A stretch of 36,927 nt of DNA from a virus (Duplodnaviria; Caudoviricetes): positions 1 through 36,927 of the IMG/VR virus record IMGVR_UViG_3300016476_000336; one strand, 5' to 3'. Shown here piece by piece: positions 1-8,864 of the stretch (its first letter is position 1; the number at the start of each line of letters is the position of its first letter). The notes under the pieces were generated by a model. It saw nothing but the letters and a program-made list of their open reading frames with translations. It had not been told where the DNA came from and did no database searches. A program made the translations under genes and the position numbers.

Positions 1-1145
1 TCCTTGAGAATAATCTTGTCCTGACGCGCACCGTTAACCGCCAGTATGACGACTCTTTCGCCGTTGAAGGCGCTAAGATCGGCTCGACCCTGCGTATCCG
101 CCTGCCCGACCGCGCTCTGGTCACGGACGGCGCTGCCCTTCAGGTGCAGGACGACAACGAACAGTACACGACCCTGACCGTTTCGTCGCAGAAGCACATC
201 GGCGTGAACTTTACGACCGCCGAGCTGACGATGCAGTTGGACGACTTCGCGGAACGCGTTCTGAAGCCGCGTATTTCGCAGCTCGCCGCCAGCATTGACG
301 CTGACGTTGCGAACAGCTTCAAATACATCGGCAACTCGGTCGGCACGCCCGGCACGACCCCGGCCACCTCGCTGGTTCTGTTGCAGGCGCAGCAGAAGCT
401 GAACGAGAACGCTGCGGTTATGATGCCGCGCTATGCGACGGTCAACCCGGCTGCTAACGCCGCGCTGATCGAAGGCATGAAAGGCCTGTTTAACCCGGTT
501 TCAGCTATCAGCAAGCAGTTTAAGAACGGCATGTTTGGCGAAGGCATCCTTGGCTTTGACGAGCTGAATATGTCGCAGTCGATCAAGCAGTTCACGACCG
601 GTTCTCGCGCCGGCACCGTGACGGTCAGCACCTCGGTCACGACCGAAGGCTCGACGACCATTGTTCTGACGGGCCTCGGCTCTACGACGATCAAGGCGGG
701 CGATGTGTTCACCATTGCTGACTGCTATGCCGTCAACCCGCAGACCCGTGAGTCGACCGGCTCGCTGTATCAGTTCGTTGCGCTGGCTGACGTTACGGCG
801 TCCACCACGGCTTCGGTCACTGTCCCGGCGATGTATTCGGCTGGCCAGGCTCTCGCCACGGTTGATGCTCTGCCGGTGTCCGGTAAGGCCGTTACCTTCT
901 ACGGTTCTGCTTCGACGCAGTATCCGCAGAACATGATTTACCACCGTGACGCCATCGCGTTCGCCACCGCCGACCTGCTTATGCCGCAGGGCGTCGACAT
1001 GGCTTCGCGTCAGGTCCACAATGGTATCTCGCTGCGTGTCGTGCGTCAGTATGACATTAACAACGACCGCCTGCCGTGCCGTATTGACGTGCTGTATGGC
1101 TATTCGGTCATTCGTCCGCAGATGGCTGTCCGTCTGTGGGGCTAA
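1..1145 (+). CDS. Major capsid protein, P22 coat (gp5)-like, 3' part; gene begins at 36876 across the window junction (398 aa in total)
   Basis: Frame is open from base 3 (LENNLVLTRTVNRQYDDSFAVEGAKIGSTLRIRLPDR) into ORF 144..1145. C-terminus RIDVLYGYSVIRPQMA is typical of P22-like coats. It follows the scaffold gene. Confidence 0.93.
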   Translation, partial: LENNLVLTRTVNRQYDDSFAVEGAKIGSTLRIRLPDRALVTDGAALQVQDDNEQYTTLTVSSQKHIGVNFTTAELTMQLDDFAERVLKPRISQLAASIDADVANSFKYIGNSVGTPGTTPATSLVLLQAQQKLNENAAVMMPRYATVNPAANAALIEGMKGLFNPVSAISKQFKNGMFGEGILGFDELNMSQSIKQFTTGSRAGTVTVSTSVTTEGSTTIVLTGLGSTTIKAGDVFTIADCYAVNPQTRESTGSLYQFVALADVTASTTASVTVPAMYSAGQALATVDALPVSGKAVTFYGSASTQYPQNMIYHRDAIAFATADLLMPQGVDMASRQVHNGISLRVVRQYDINNDRLPCRIDVLYGYSVIRPQMAVRLWG

Positions 1146-1153
1146 TATTAGAC

Positions 1154-1176
1154 GGGGCTTCGGCCCCTTCTTCTTC
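1154..1176 (+). terminator. Probable intrinsic terminator after the capsid gene
   Basis: GGGGC-TTCG-GCCCC hairpin (C-UUCG-G tetraloop) followed by TTCTTCTTC. Confidence 0.75.
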
Positions 1177-1195
1177 TAACTCAAGGAGTTAATCC

Positions 1196-1645
1196 ATGAC
1201 GACTACTTCGAATGCGGCGTATCCGCTTGAGACGTTTGGCCCCTATACTGCCATTCCGAATGGCGATGGCGGCTATCAGCTTGGCGACGGCAACCTTAAA
1301 GAAGTTTCGCTCGGCGCTATGTCGGCTCCGTCTACCTACGATGAAACGGCCTCGGCTCTGACGAACCTCGATCTGGAAACGGGTCTGGTTGTCTATACGT
1401 CATCCAGCACGGCCAATCTTGCGCTTCCGACTGTCGCGGCTTTTGAAGCCGAAGTCAGCAGCGCCAAAATTGGTAGCTGCTTTGACTTCGCGCTGCTTTG
1501 CACCACGACGGGCGTTGCCACTATCACGGTCGGCACCGGTTGGACGCTGGTTGGCTCGGGCGCTGGCGTTGCCTCTAAGGCTGTCCAGTTCCGAGCTCGC
1601 AAGACCAGCGCGACCACTTGGTCGATGTACCGCATCGCGGGCTAA
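1196..1645 (+). CDS. Putative capsid decoration/structural protein
   Basis: AAGGAG RBS; Thr/Ala/Gly-rich 149 aa with 'LALPT' and 'TITVGTGWTLVG' segments; directly after the coat gene. Confidence 0.6.
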   Translation: MTTTSNAAYPLETFGPYTAIPNGDGGYQLGDGNLKEVSLGAMSAPSTYDETASALTNLDLETGLVVYTSSSTANLALPTVAAFEAEVSSAKIGSCFDFALLCTTTGVATITVGTGWTLVGSGAGVASKAVQFRARKTSATTWSMYRIAG

Positions 1646-1660
1646 CAATAGGAGAAGGCA

Positions 1661-2140
1661 ATGCCTAACACTAAAGCTGTCGGTGTTGCCTTCTCTGATC
1701 CCGAACTCGTTGCTGGCACGACCATCACGGGTGCGACGATCAGCGGAGGCTCACTCTCCGGCGCTACCACGCTCTCAGGCGCGGCAGTTACCGGCACTAC
1801 CTCAGTCACGGCTTCTGGCGACCTTTACATTGCTTCGGCAACTGTAGCGGCTGCTGGCGCTAACCAAGGCAATGCGGCTCAGCTTGCAGGCGGATTTACG
1901 CTTGTTAGTGGCGCTGATGACGCCAAGGGAGTCAAACTGCCGGCTGCGGCGGCGGGCCGTATTGTCATTATTAAAAACAATACGTCTGCTAAGAATCTTC
2001 TCGTCTATCCGGCCACCAGTGACAAAATCAATGGCGGCACGGCGACGACGGGTTCTCTGACCATGGCCGGTTTGACGGCGGCTATGTTTGTTGCTTACGA
2101 CGATGTAGACTGGTATTCGCTACCGTTGTTGCCGTCGTAA
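1661..2140 (+). CDS. Putative capsid decoration/structural protein
   Basis: AGGAG RBS; Gly/Ala/Thr-rich with GVKLP..AAG and VYPATSDKING motifs seen in virion proteins next to coat genes. Confidence 0.6.
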   Translation: MPNTKAVGVAFSDPELVAGTTITGATISGGSLSGATTLSGAAVTGTTSVTASGDLYIASATVAAAGANQGNAAQLAGGFTLVSGADDAKGVKLPAAAAGRIVIIKNNTSAKNLLVYPATSDKINGGTATTGSLTMAGLTAAMFVAYDDVDWYSLPLLPS

Positions 2141-2154
2141 TAGATAACCCTACG

Positions 2155-2172
2155 GGCGGGCTACGGCCCGCC
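2155..2172 (+). promoter_or_regulatory. Intergenic GC-rich hairpin with UNCG loop (attenuator or mRNA-stabilising stem)
   Basis: GGCGGGC-TACG-GCCCGCC; no clear U-tract. Confidence 0.45.
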
Positions 2173-2194
2173 TGGCCCTTACCATAGGTGAAAA

Positions 2195-2497
2195 ATGGCC
2201 CTTATTTATTTGCGCCATGAGCGTCATGGCGTTAAGATCGCTACGCTAGAAATGGAAGCGGAAGCCGACGAAGAGAACGGCTGGGAAAGGTTCGATCCGA
2301 ATGACGACGACAGCCGGGGACCAGATCAACGGAGCGTTGCGGCTACTGGGCGTCCTCGCAGAGGGCGAAACGCCCTCGGCCGAAACATCGCAGGACGCGC
2401 TGACTGCTCTGAATCAGATGATCGACTCGTGGGACACGGAACGTCTAGCGGTCTTTTCAACAATGGACCAAACTTTTCTGTGGACTCCGGGTCTTAG
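2195..2497 (+). CDS. Hypothetical phage protein overlapping the next gene
   Basis: AGGTG RBS; N-terminus IYLRHERHGVKIA..EAEADEENGW resembles small proteins preceding head-completion genes; last 197 nt overlap 2301..3014. Confidence 0.6.
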   Translation: MALIYLRHERHGVKIATLEMEAEADEENGWERFDPNDDDSRGPDQRSVAATGRPRRGRNALGRNIAGRADCSESDDRLVGHGTSSGLFNNGPNFSVDSGS

Positions 2498-3014
2498 GTC
2501 GCAGACGCTTGGTCCTACGGGCGATTTTGTTGGTGAACGCCCTGTCTTACTAGATGATTCGACTTACTTCCGCGATCCGCAGACGAACGTAAGTTATGGC
2601 GTTAAATTTATTAACCAACAGCAATACGATGGCATCGCCGTAAAAACCGTCACGTCTACATACCCGCAGGTTATGTGGATCAATATGTCTTACCCGGACA
2701 TTGAGATGGTTATTTATCCGGTGCCTTTGCGGCTTCTGGAATGGCATTTTATCTCGGTTGAGAAATTACACCAGCCAGCTACGCTGGCGACATCGCTGAC
2801 GTTTCCTCCGGGCTATCTTCGCGCATTTCGATACAACCTAGCTTGCGAACTTGCACCTGAGTTTGGCGTCGAACCGTCAGCACAGGTGCAGCGTATCGCC
2901 ATGTATAGTAAACGCAATCTTAAGCGCATTAATAATCCCGACGACGTGATGGCGTTGCCGTATAGCATCGTCGGCACTCGCCAGCGGTATAATATTTACG
3001 CGGGCAACTACTGA
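2301..3014 (+). CDS. Head-completion/tail adaptor protein (P22 gp4-like)
   Basis: TAGDQINGALRLLGVLAEGETPS..DAL..LNQMIDSW and YNLACELAPEFG motifs; located just before the gp10-like gene. Confidence 0.75.
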   Translation: MTTTAGDQINGALRLLGVLAEGETPSAETSQDALTALNQMIDSWDTERLAVFSTMDQTFLWTPGLRSQTLGPTGDFVGERPVLLDDSTYFRDPQTNVSYGVKFINQQQYDGIAVKTVTSTYPQVMWINMSYPDIEMVIYPVPLRLLEWHFISVEKLHQPATLATSLTFPPGYLRAFRYNLACELAPEFGVEPSAQVQRIAMYSKRNLKRINNPDDVMALPYSIVGTRQRYNIYAGNY

Positions 3015-4546
3015 TGCACACCCCTATTCTTGGGTCATCTTATGTAACGCGCAGCGTTAATGCGGCTGATAACCGCATGGTTAATCTTTACCCTGAGATT
3101 GTTTCGGAAGGGGGTAAAGAACCGGCGTATCTTCAACGTTGCCCAGGACTTACACTTCTTAATACTATTGGCGACGGCCCGATCCGGGGCTTGTGGACGT
3201 ATGCTGGATCGGGGTTTGTCGTATCCGGGAACGCGCTGTATGAAATTACGGCGGGATCGTGGAATGCTGAGTATCGCGGTTTTATAACTGGAACTGGTCC
3301 GGTAAGCATATCCGATAACGGCGTTCAAATGTTTATAGCCTGTAATGGGCCTAGCTACATATACAACATAAACACTAGCGTATTGGCGCAAATAATAGAC
3401 CCGGATTTCCCTGGCGCAGTTGGCGTAGGATTTATTGATGGGTATTTTGTTTTTAACGAGCCAAACAGTCAAAAAGTTTGGGTTACGTCTTTATTAGATG
3501 GCACATCGGTTGATCCGTTGGATTTTGCCAGCGCCGAAGGTTCACCGGATGATCTTGTCACGTTGATCGTGGATCATCGTGAAATATGGCTTTTTGGAAC
3601 AAACTCTGTCGAAGTTTGGTATGACGCCGGAAATTTGGATTTTCCACTCGCCCGTATTCAAGGCGCGTTCAATGAAATTGGCTGCGTAGCTCCTTATTCC
3701 GTGGCTAAATTGGATAATACTTTATTCTGGCTGGGCGCGGATGCTCGCGGTCGCGGTATTGTTTACCGCGCTGAAGGCTATACTGGTAAGCGTATATCTA
3801 CGCACGCTATTGAATGGCAAATTCAACAATATACCGATTTGTCCGACGCCGTTGGCTACACTTATCAACAAGACGGTCATAGCTTTTATGTGTTAAACTT
3901 TCCTACCGCAGATACAACATGGGTTTTTGACGCCGCTACGGGTGTTTGGCATGAACGCGCCCGTTGGGACGACGGCATTTTTAGAAGACATAGAGGTAAT
4001 TGTCAGATGGTATTCAATGACAAAGTTGTCATTGGGGACTATGAAAACGGCGACATATATTATTATGACCTTGAAAGCTACACCAATAATGGCGGTGTGC
4101 AACGATGGTTACGCCGATGGCGTGCATTACCTACGGGCGAAAACAACCTAACTAGAACCGCGCAGCATAGTCTTCAGTTAGATTGTGAAACAGGCGTAGG
4201 TCTTAATGGTATTCCCACCGGGACTATCCTAATTGATTATTTGGCGACCGAAGTTCCGCAGCGGCTTTTGGCGGAAAATGGCAACAATATAATTTTAGAT
4301 TATGTCACTGTGCAAGGGACTAACCCGCAAGCTATGCTGCGGTGGTCGGATGATGGCGGCCATACTTGGTCTAATGAACATTGGCAGTCTATGGGAAAAA
4401 TAGGCCAATATGGGTTTAGAACTATCTGGCGTCGTTTGGGCATGACTCAAAAACTTCGTGACCGCGTTTACGAAGTTTCAGGAACCGATCCAGTGCGAAT
4501 AGCCATTATGGGAGCCGAATTGCATTTGAGCCAAACGAATGCCTAA
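3014..4546 (+). CDS. Tail hub/DNA stabilization protein (P22 gp10-like)
   Basis: 510 aa with FASAEGSPD, EIWLFGTNSVEVW, RISTHAIE and WSDDGGHTWS motifs; TGATG coupling to the upstream gene. Confidence 0.88.
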   Translation: MHTPILGSSYVTRSVNAADNRMVNLYPEIVSEGGKEPAYLQRCPGLTLLNTIGDGPIRGLWTYAGSGFVVSGNALYEITAGSWNAEYRGFITGTGPVSISDNGVQMFIACNGPSYIYNINTSVLAQIIDPDFPGAVGVGFIDGYFVFNEPNSQKVWVTSLLDGTSVDPLDFASAEGSPDDLVTLIVDHREIWLFGTNSVEVWYDAGNLDFPLARIQGAFNEIGCVAPYSVAKLDNTLFWLGADARGRGIVYRAEGYTGKRISTHAIEWQIQQYTDLSDAVGYTYQQDGHSFYVLNFPTADTTWVFDAATGVWHERARWDDGIFRRHRGNCQMVFNDKVVIGDYENGDIYYYDLESYTNNGGVQRWLRRWRALPTGENNLTRTAQHSLQLDCETGVGLNGIPTGTILIDYLATEVPQRLLAENGNNIILDYVTVQGTNPQAMLRWSDDGGHTWSNEHWQSMGKIGQYGFRTIWRRLGMTQKLRDRVYEVSGTDPVRIAIMGAELHLSQTNA

Positions 4547-5402
4547 TTCAAACACATATTCTACTACGCAAATTCCTGCGCCGCGCGTTCCATTTTTGGA
4601 CCCGCGGACGGGGCTTATGTCGCGCGAATGGTATTTGTATTTTTATAACCTATATACGTTGACAGGCGGCGGCCAAAATGCCGTTTCTTTACTAGACGTT
4701 CAAGTTGGCCCATCTGATTCATTATTGGCGTCCACACAAGCCAATATAGAGGCCGCCTTTCAAGCGCTTGAATCATCGGCGCCACTTGATACGTTAAATT
4801 CCGAACAATTCCGCATCGCGCAAGAGATACAGGGGCTTGAACAATCGCCTTTGATCAATGCTCTTGAGGCGGCTGTAGCTAAATTAACAGCGGACGTTCA
4901 AGGACTCGGGTTAGCACCGACTTATACGCCACAATTACTAGATACTCGCTACGGGGTGTTTTCTGACACAACTACTCAAACGGCGGCGGCCATAAATACC
5001 GCGTATGCGGTTACTTTTAACACAACAGATCTTACAAACGGCGTTTACATTGGGTCGCCTACGTCGCGCGTATATGTAGACAGGATGGGCGTCTATAACT
5101 TTCAATTTTCGGCTCAGTTAGATCAATCATCATCAGCTGCGCATGATGTGTGGATCTGGGCCGATATAAACGGAACTTCAGTCGCCAATTCGGCCACCAA
5201 AGTTACCTTAGTCGGAAATAATGCTGCGGTTGCTGCCGCGTGGAATTTTGTGCTTCAGATGAACGCCGGGGATTATTTTAGGCTTATGTGGGCTGTCAGT
5301 AATACTTCATGCCAGATAAGTGCTGTCGCTGCCGCAGCTCCAATTCCTGCCATACCATCTGTAATTTTGACTGTGACCGATAATATAGGGGTCGATAGAT
5401 AA
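4539..5402 (+). CDS. Putative tail structural protein (position of a tail needle-like gene)
   Basis: N-terminal PAPRVPFLDPRTGLMSREWY, heptad-like middle, beta-rich C-terminal domain (GVYNFQFSAQL); follows the gp10-like gene. Confidence 0.55.
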   Translation: MPNSNTYSTTQIPAPRVPFLDPRTGLMSREWYLYFYNLYTLTGGGQNAVSLLDVQVGPSDSLLASTQANIEAAFQALESSAPLDTLNSEQFRIAQEIQGLEQSPLINALEAAVAKLTADVQGLGLAPTYTPQLLDTRYGVFSDTTTQTAAAINTAYAVTFNTTDLTNGVYIGSPTSRVYVDRMGVYNFQFSAQLDQSSSAAHDVWIWADINGTSVANSATKVTLVGNNAAVAAAWNFVLQMNAGDYFRLMWAVSNTSCQISAVAAAAPIPAIPSVILTVTDNIGVDR

Positions 5403-5926
5403 TGGCGTCACTTGGACAACCCCCTAGAGCTCAGTTTTTTGACGGTGATGGCGTCCCGCTATACGGTGGAAAAGTCTACACCTACACAGCGTATTCAAGT
5501 AGCCCGTTAGAGACATACACAGATCCGACTAAAACAGCGTATAACCCTAATCCGGTTATCTTAGATTCCCGCGGGGAATCAGGTATTTGGGCAAATGATG
5601 CGACTTTTAAGATCGTCGTTTATGACGCGGACGGAAATTTAATTTCATCTTCAAACACTTACCCGCCGTCACCAGCGTCAAAAGCTACGTTTTATGACGC
5701 CGCCGGCGAGCGTTTGGCGTATGGTAAAGTTTACACTTATGAAGCTGGAACCTCTGCGCCTCTCGCCACCTATACCGATACTACAGGGGCGACAGAAAAT
5801 ACAAATCCTGTTATTCTAGACGTCAACGGGCAGGCCGATTTGTGGTTTGGCCCCAAGCTGTATAAGATAATATTAAAGACTTCCATGGACGTCGAGATAT
5901 ACTCTGTTGACAATTATGGGGCTTAA
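5402..5926 (+). CDS. Protein made of two tandem tailspike/fibre N-terminal anchor-like domains
   Basis: Two copies of F(F/Y)DxxGxxLxxGKVYTYxAxxSxPLxTYTDxT...NxNPVILDxxG...W...KI; no fibre body follows. Confidence 0.6.
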   Translation: MASLGQPPRAQFFDGDGVPLYGGKVYTYTAYSSSPLETYTDPTKTAYNPNPVILDSRGESGIWANDATFKIVVYDADGNLISSSNTYPPSPASKATFYDAAGERLAYGKVYTYEAGTSAPLATYTDTTGATENTNPVILDVNGQADLWFGPKLYKIILKTSMDVEIYSVDNYGA

Positions 5927-5929
5927 TCT

Positions 5930-6280
5930 ATGACCGTAACCGCTACGACATTATTTGAGTCGACAGGGCTGACAACTTCAGCGGCGACAATCTATACGTC
6001 TTCCAACGTAAAGACCATCATAGATAAGTTTACCGCCACAAATTACACCTCGTCCACAACGCCTGCTGCGGTTTCGTTCACCGTTTATCTTGTGGCGTCG
6101 GGCGGCACGGCGGGGGACTCGACAAATTCCGTAGTCCTAACAAAGACACTTCAGGCTGGCGAAACTTATACTTTACCGGAAGTTGTGGGGCACATCCTTA
6201 ATTCCGGTGATTTTATATCGGTTAAGGCCAGCGCCAATTCGTCAATTAATGTCCGCGCCAGCGGTCGACTTGTAACCTAG
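5930..6280 (+). CDS. Hypothetical virion protein
   Basis: 116 aa, beta-rich, with IIDKFTATN and ETYTLPEVVGHILNSGDFIS; within the tail operon. Confidence 0.65.
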   Translation: MTVTATTLFESTGLTTSAATIYTSSNVKTIIDKFTATNYTSSTTPAAVSFTVYLVASGGTAGDSTNSVVLTKTLQAGETYTLPEVVGHILNSGDFISVKASANSSINVRASGRLVT

Positions 6281-6289
6281 TGGGGAATC

Positions 6290-7153
6290 ATGGACCCGTT
6301 TACATTAGCCCTCTTAGGTAGCACAGCCTCTAGCGTAGTGGGGGGCGGTCTTGGCGCGCTTAGTTCTCAGCGGGCGGCGGGGGCGCAAAGCGCTGCTGCG
6401 CAGCAAGCCGGCATCTTAGGCGTCATCGGGCAGCAGCAAGCGCAAGAACGTGCATTAGCGGCGCTAAGAGAAGCGCAGGCCAAGGGTGCTGGGGCTATTG
6501 AGAGCTACTACGGTAAAGCGGCAGGCGCTTATGATCCGTATTCGCAGTTCGGGGCAGAATCGACTAATCGACTGGCTACTTTAATGGGCCTTCGTCCGGG
6601 CGAAGGCGCAGGTAGTCTTATGGAGCAGCCTACTCTTTCGCAGCTCCAGATGGACCCTGGGTATGCGTTCCGCGAGCAGCAAGGCCAGCAGGCTATGGAG
6701 CGCGCGGCCGCGGCGGGTGGATTGCGCGGATCGGGCGCGGCGCTCAAAGCAGGACAGAGATTTGGGCAAGAGATGGCGTCGCAAGAATACGGCAACGCCT
6801 ACAATCGGTTTATGCAGAACCGCGCCAATATTATTGGGATGCTTCAAGGCGGCGTCGGTACTGGCATGGGCGCGGCGCAAGGCGTATCTGGTGCGGCGTC
6901 TACGGCAGGCGGTCAACTTGGCAGTCTTTACTCTGGTACGGGCGCTAATATTGCTCAGACCACGGGCGTCAATACTTTAGCGCCGTATGCACAGGCGATG
7001 GAAAATGTCGGTCAAGCGCGCGCGTCTGGCTACATGGGTGGTGCGACTGCACTTGGGCAAGCGCTTCAGGCTCCTGCGCAAAATTATATGCTTTACAGCA
7101 TGATGAACCGCGCGCCGACAACGCGATTTGGTTCTTATGGCCCGCAGCTTTGA
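6290..7153 (+). CDS. DNA ejection/transfer protein (P22 gp7-like)
   Basis: Hydrophobic Gly/Ala N-terminus; DPGYAFREQQG...AAAGGLRGSGAALKA...GQEMASQEYGNAYNR motif. Confidence 0.75.
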   Translation: MDPFTLALLGSTASSVVGGGLGALSSQRAAGAQSAAAQQAGILGVIGQQQAQERALAALREAQAKGAGAIESYYGKAAGAYDPYSQFGAESTNRLATLMGLRPGEGAGSLMEQPTLSQLQMDPGYAFREQQGQQAMERAAAAGGLRGSGAALKAGQRFGQEMASQEYGNAYNRFMQNRANIIGMLQGGVGTGMGAAQGVSGAASTAGGQLGSLYSGTGANIAQTTGVNTLAPYAQAMENVGQARASGYMGGATALGQALQAPAQNYMLYSMMNRAPTTRFGSYGPQL

Positions 7154-7163
7154 GGTTTAGCTA

Positions 7164-8864
7164 ATGCCTGTTCGTTACGACATAGCTTCGCAGGTTCCGC
7201 AAGCCGGGAGCTCCGGGATAGATCCGTTAAATATGATGGCGCAGTTGCGTCAGCAGGAATATCAGCAGGCTCAACTTGCGCGCATGGCAAAAAGCATGGA
7301 CGTGCAAGATCTTCAAGCTCGTATAGCCGCCGAACGTGAAATGCGTCAGGCAGAAGCCGCGCAGCGTCAAGCCGGCCTATATGGCGCGCAGCAGCAGGAA
7401 GCCGAACAAAAGGTTCAAGCCGGTAAAGTAGAACTTTACCGCAATATGTTCGATAAATTCGTTAACGATCAAAAGTCTTTGGATCATTTTGTCTCCCTCA
7501 TGGAGAAAGATTTTCCCCAAGGCGTCGCTGCGTTCAAAGACAAAAAATACTCCGACGACTGGAAACTTGGGCTATTAAATCCAGAAAAAGCGGCTGAGTT
7601 AAAGAAACCGGAGTTTGCCGAATACGGCGGTGAAGTTTACCGGAAGACGCCGCAAGGACTTATTCCCGCGCCGATTCTTCAGCCGGGCGCGGAAGGTATG
7701 CCCGGCCCGCGGCAGGATCTGGCAACAGATCTAATCAAACAGCGCGAAGGTTTTATCGAAAAACCTAAGTATGACGTGAACGCTTATCGCGGCGGTTACG
7801 GCAGCGATACGGTTACGCTTCCTGACGGCACCGTGCAGAAGGTGACGCCTGGCATGTCGATCAGCCGCGAAGACGCGGAGCGCGATCTTCAGCGCCGCGT
7901 CAATACGGAATTTGTGCCGAAGGCCGCCGCCAAAGTGGGCGAAGAAAACTGGGCGCGCTTGCCGGAGAATACGCGTGCGGCGCTTACGTCGGTCGCGTAT
8001 AACTACGGCACGATCCCCAGCCGGATTGTTCCGGCGGTGCAGTCGGGCAACCCGGAAGCCATCGCCAAGGCAATCGAAAGTCTTGCCGACGATAACAAGG
8101 GCATCAACGCTGGTCGGCGTATGCAGGAAGCCAACATTGCGCGCGGCACCAATCTGCCGGGATCGCAGGCGGTGCCGGCGTTTGCGGCTGGCGGCCTTCC
8201 GACCTATATGGGCGGCCCGCAGATCAATCCGCCGATCAATATGATGGCTGGCCTCGCTCCGGCTGCTGCACATGCTATGACCGCCCCGCCAGAATTGCCG
8301 TCAACTACGGCTGTTCCTGCGCAGCCGGTTACGGTCGGCACTAAAAAACAGGTAATCGGCCAATCAAATGTCGAAAACACGCTCGACAAAATGATGGATA
8401 AATACAACCGTCTTGACGCGCTGAAAGCCATTCCAAGCGCGCAACGCGGCATTGCCGAAAATGTCCCGGCATATCTTGCTGGCACGACGTTCGGGCAAGA
8501 AGTCGAAAAAGCACGCGCCACGCCGGCGCAGCAGCAGCGCAACGAGCTGAAGGCGCTTCGACGCTCGCTGTTGAAAGATATTATGGCGGCTACGGGCGCA
8601 TCGGCAAAAGAACTTGACTCGAATTTCGAGCTGAAAAGCATGCTCGAGTCGTTGTCTGACGAAACGATGGATATTGATTCCGTGCGCCGGATCATCGCGG
8701 ACCTGTCGGCGCGCTATGGCAAGGGCGCGGTCAAAGCGCCGGAAGAAGCGCCGATGGGCGCGCCGCCAGCGCCTAGCACCGGCAAAACGATTACTCGGCG
8801 CGGAACATATAATGGCCGCCCTGTGGTCGAATACAGCGACGGGACAGTAGACTATGCCGATTGA
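7164..8864 (+). CDS. Internal virion/ejection protein with a lysozyme-like domain
   Basis: Gln-rich helical N-terminus; central DLIKQREGF...GGYGSDT...AALTSVAYNYG...RRMQEA resembles a GH24 phage lysozyme. Confidence 0.75.
   Translation: MPVRYDIASQVPQAGSSGIDPLNMMAQLRQQEYQQAQLARMAKSMDVQDLQARIAAEREMRQAEAAQRQAGLYGAQQQEAEQKVQAGKVELYRNMFDKFVNDQKSLDHFVSLMEKDFPQGVAAFKDKKYSDDWKLGLLNPEKAAELKKPEFAEYGGEVYRKTPQGLIPAPILQPGAEGMPGPRQDLATDLIKQREGFIEKPKYDVNAYRGGYGSDTVTLPDGTVQKVTPGMSISREDAERDLQRRVNTEFVPKAAAKVGEENWARLPENTRAALTSVAYNYGTIPSRIVPAVQSGNPEAIAKAIESLADDNKGINAGRRMQEANIARGTNLPGSQAVPAFAAGGLPTYMGGPQINPPINMMAGLAPAAAHAMTAPPELPSTTAVPAQPVTVGTKKQVIGQSNVENTLDKMMDKYNRLDALKAIPSAQRGIAENVPAYLAGTTFGQEVEKARATPAQQQRNELKALRRSLLKDIMAATGASAKELDSNFELKSMLESLSDETMDIDSVRRIIADLSARYGKGAVKAPEEAPMGAPPAPSTGKTITRRGTYNGRPVVEYSDGTVDYAD

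Noticed and set aside
144-146. GTG at 144 as the capsid start
   Set aside because: The frame is open to the window edge and joins the ATG at 36876.
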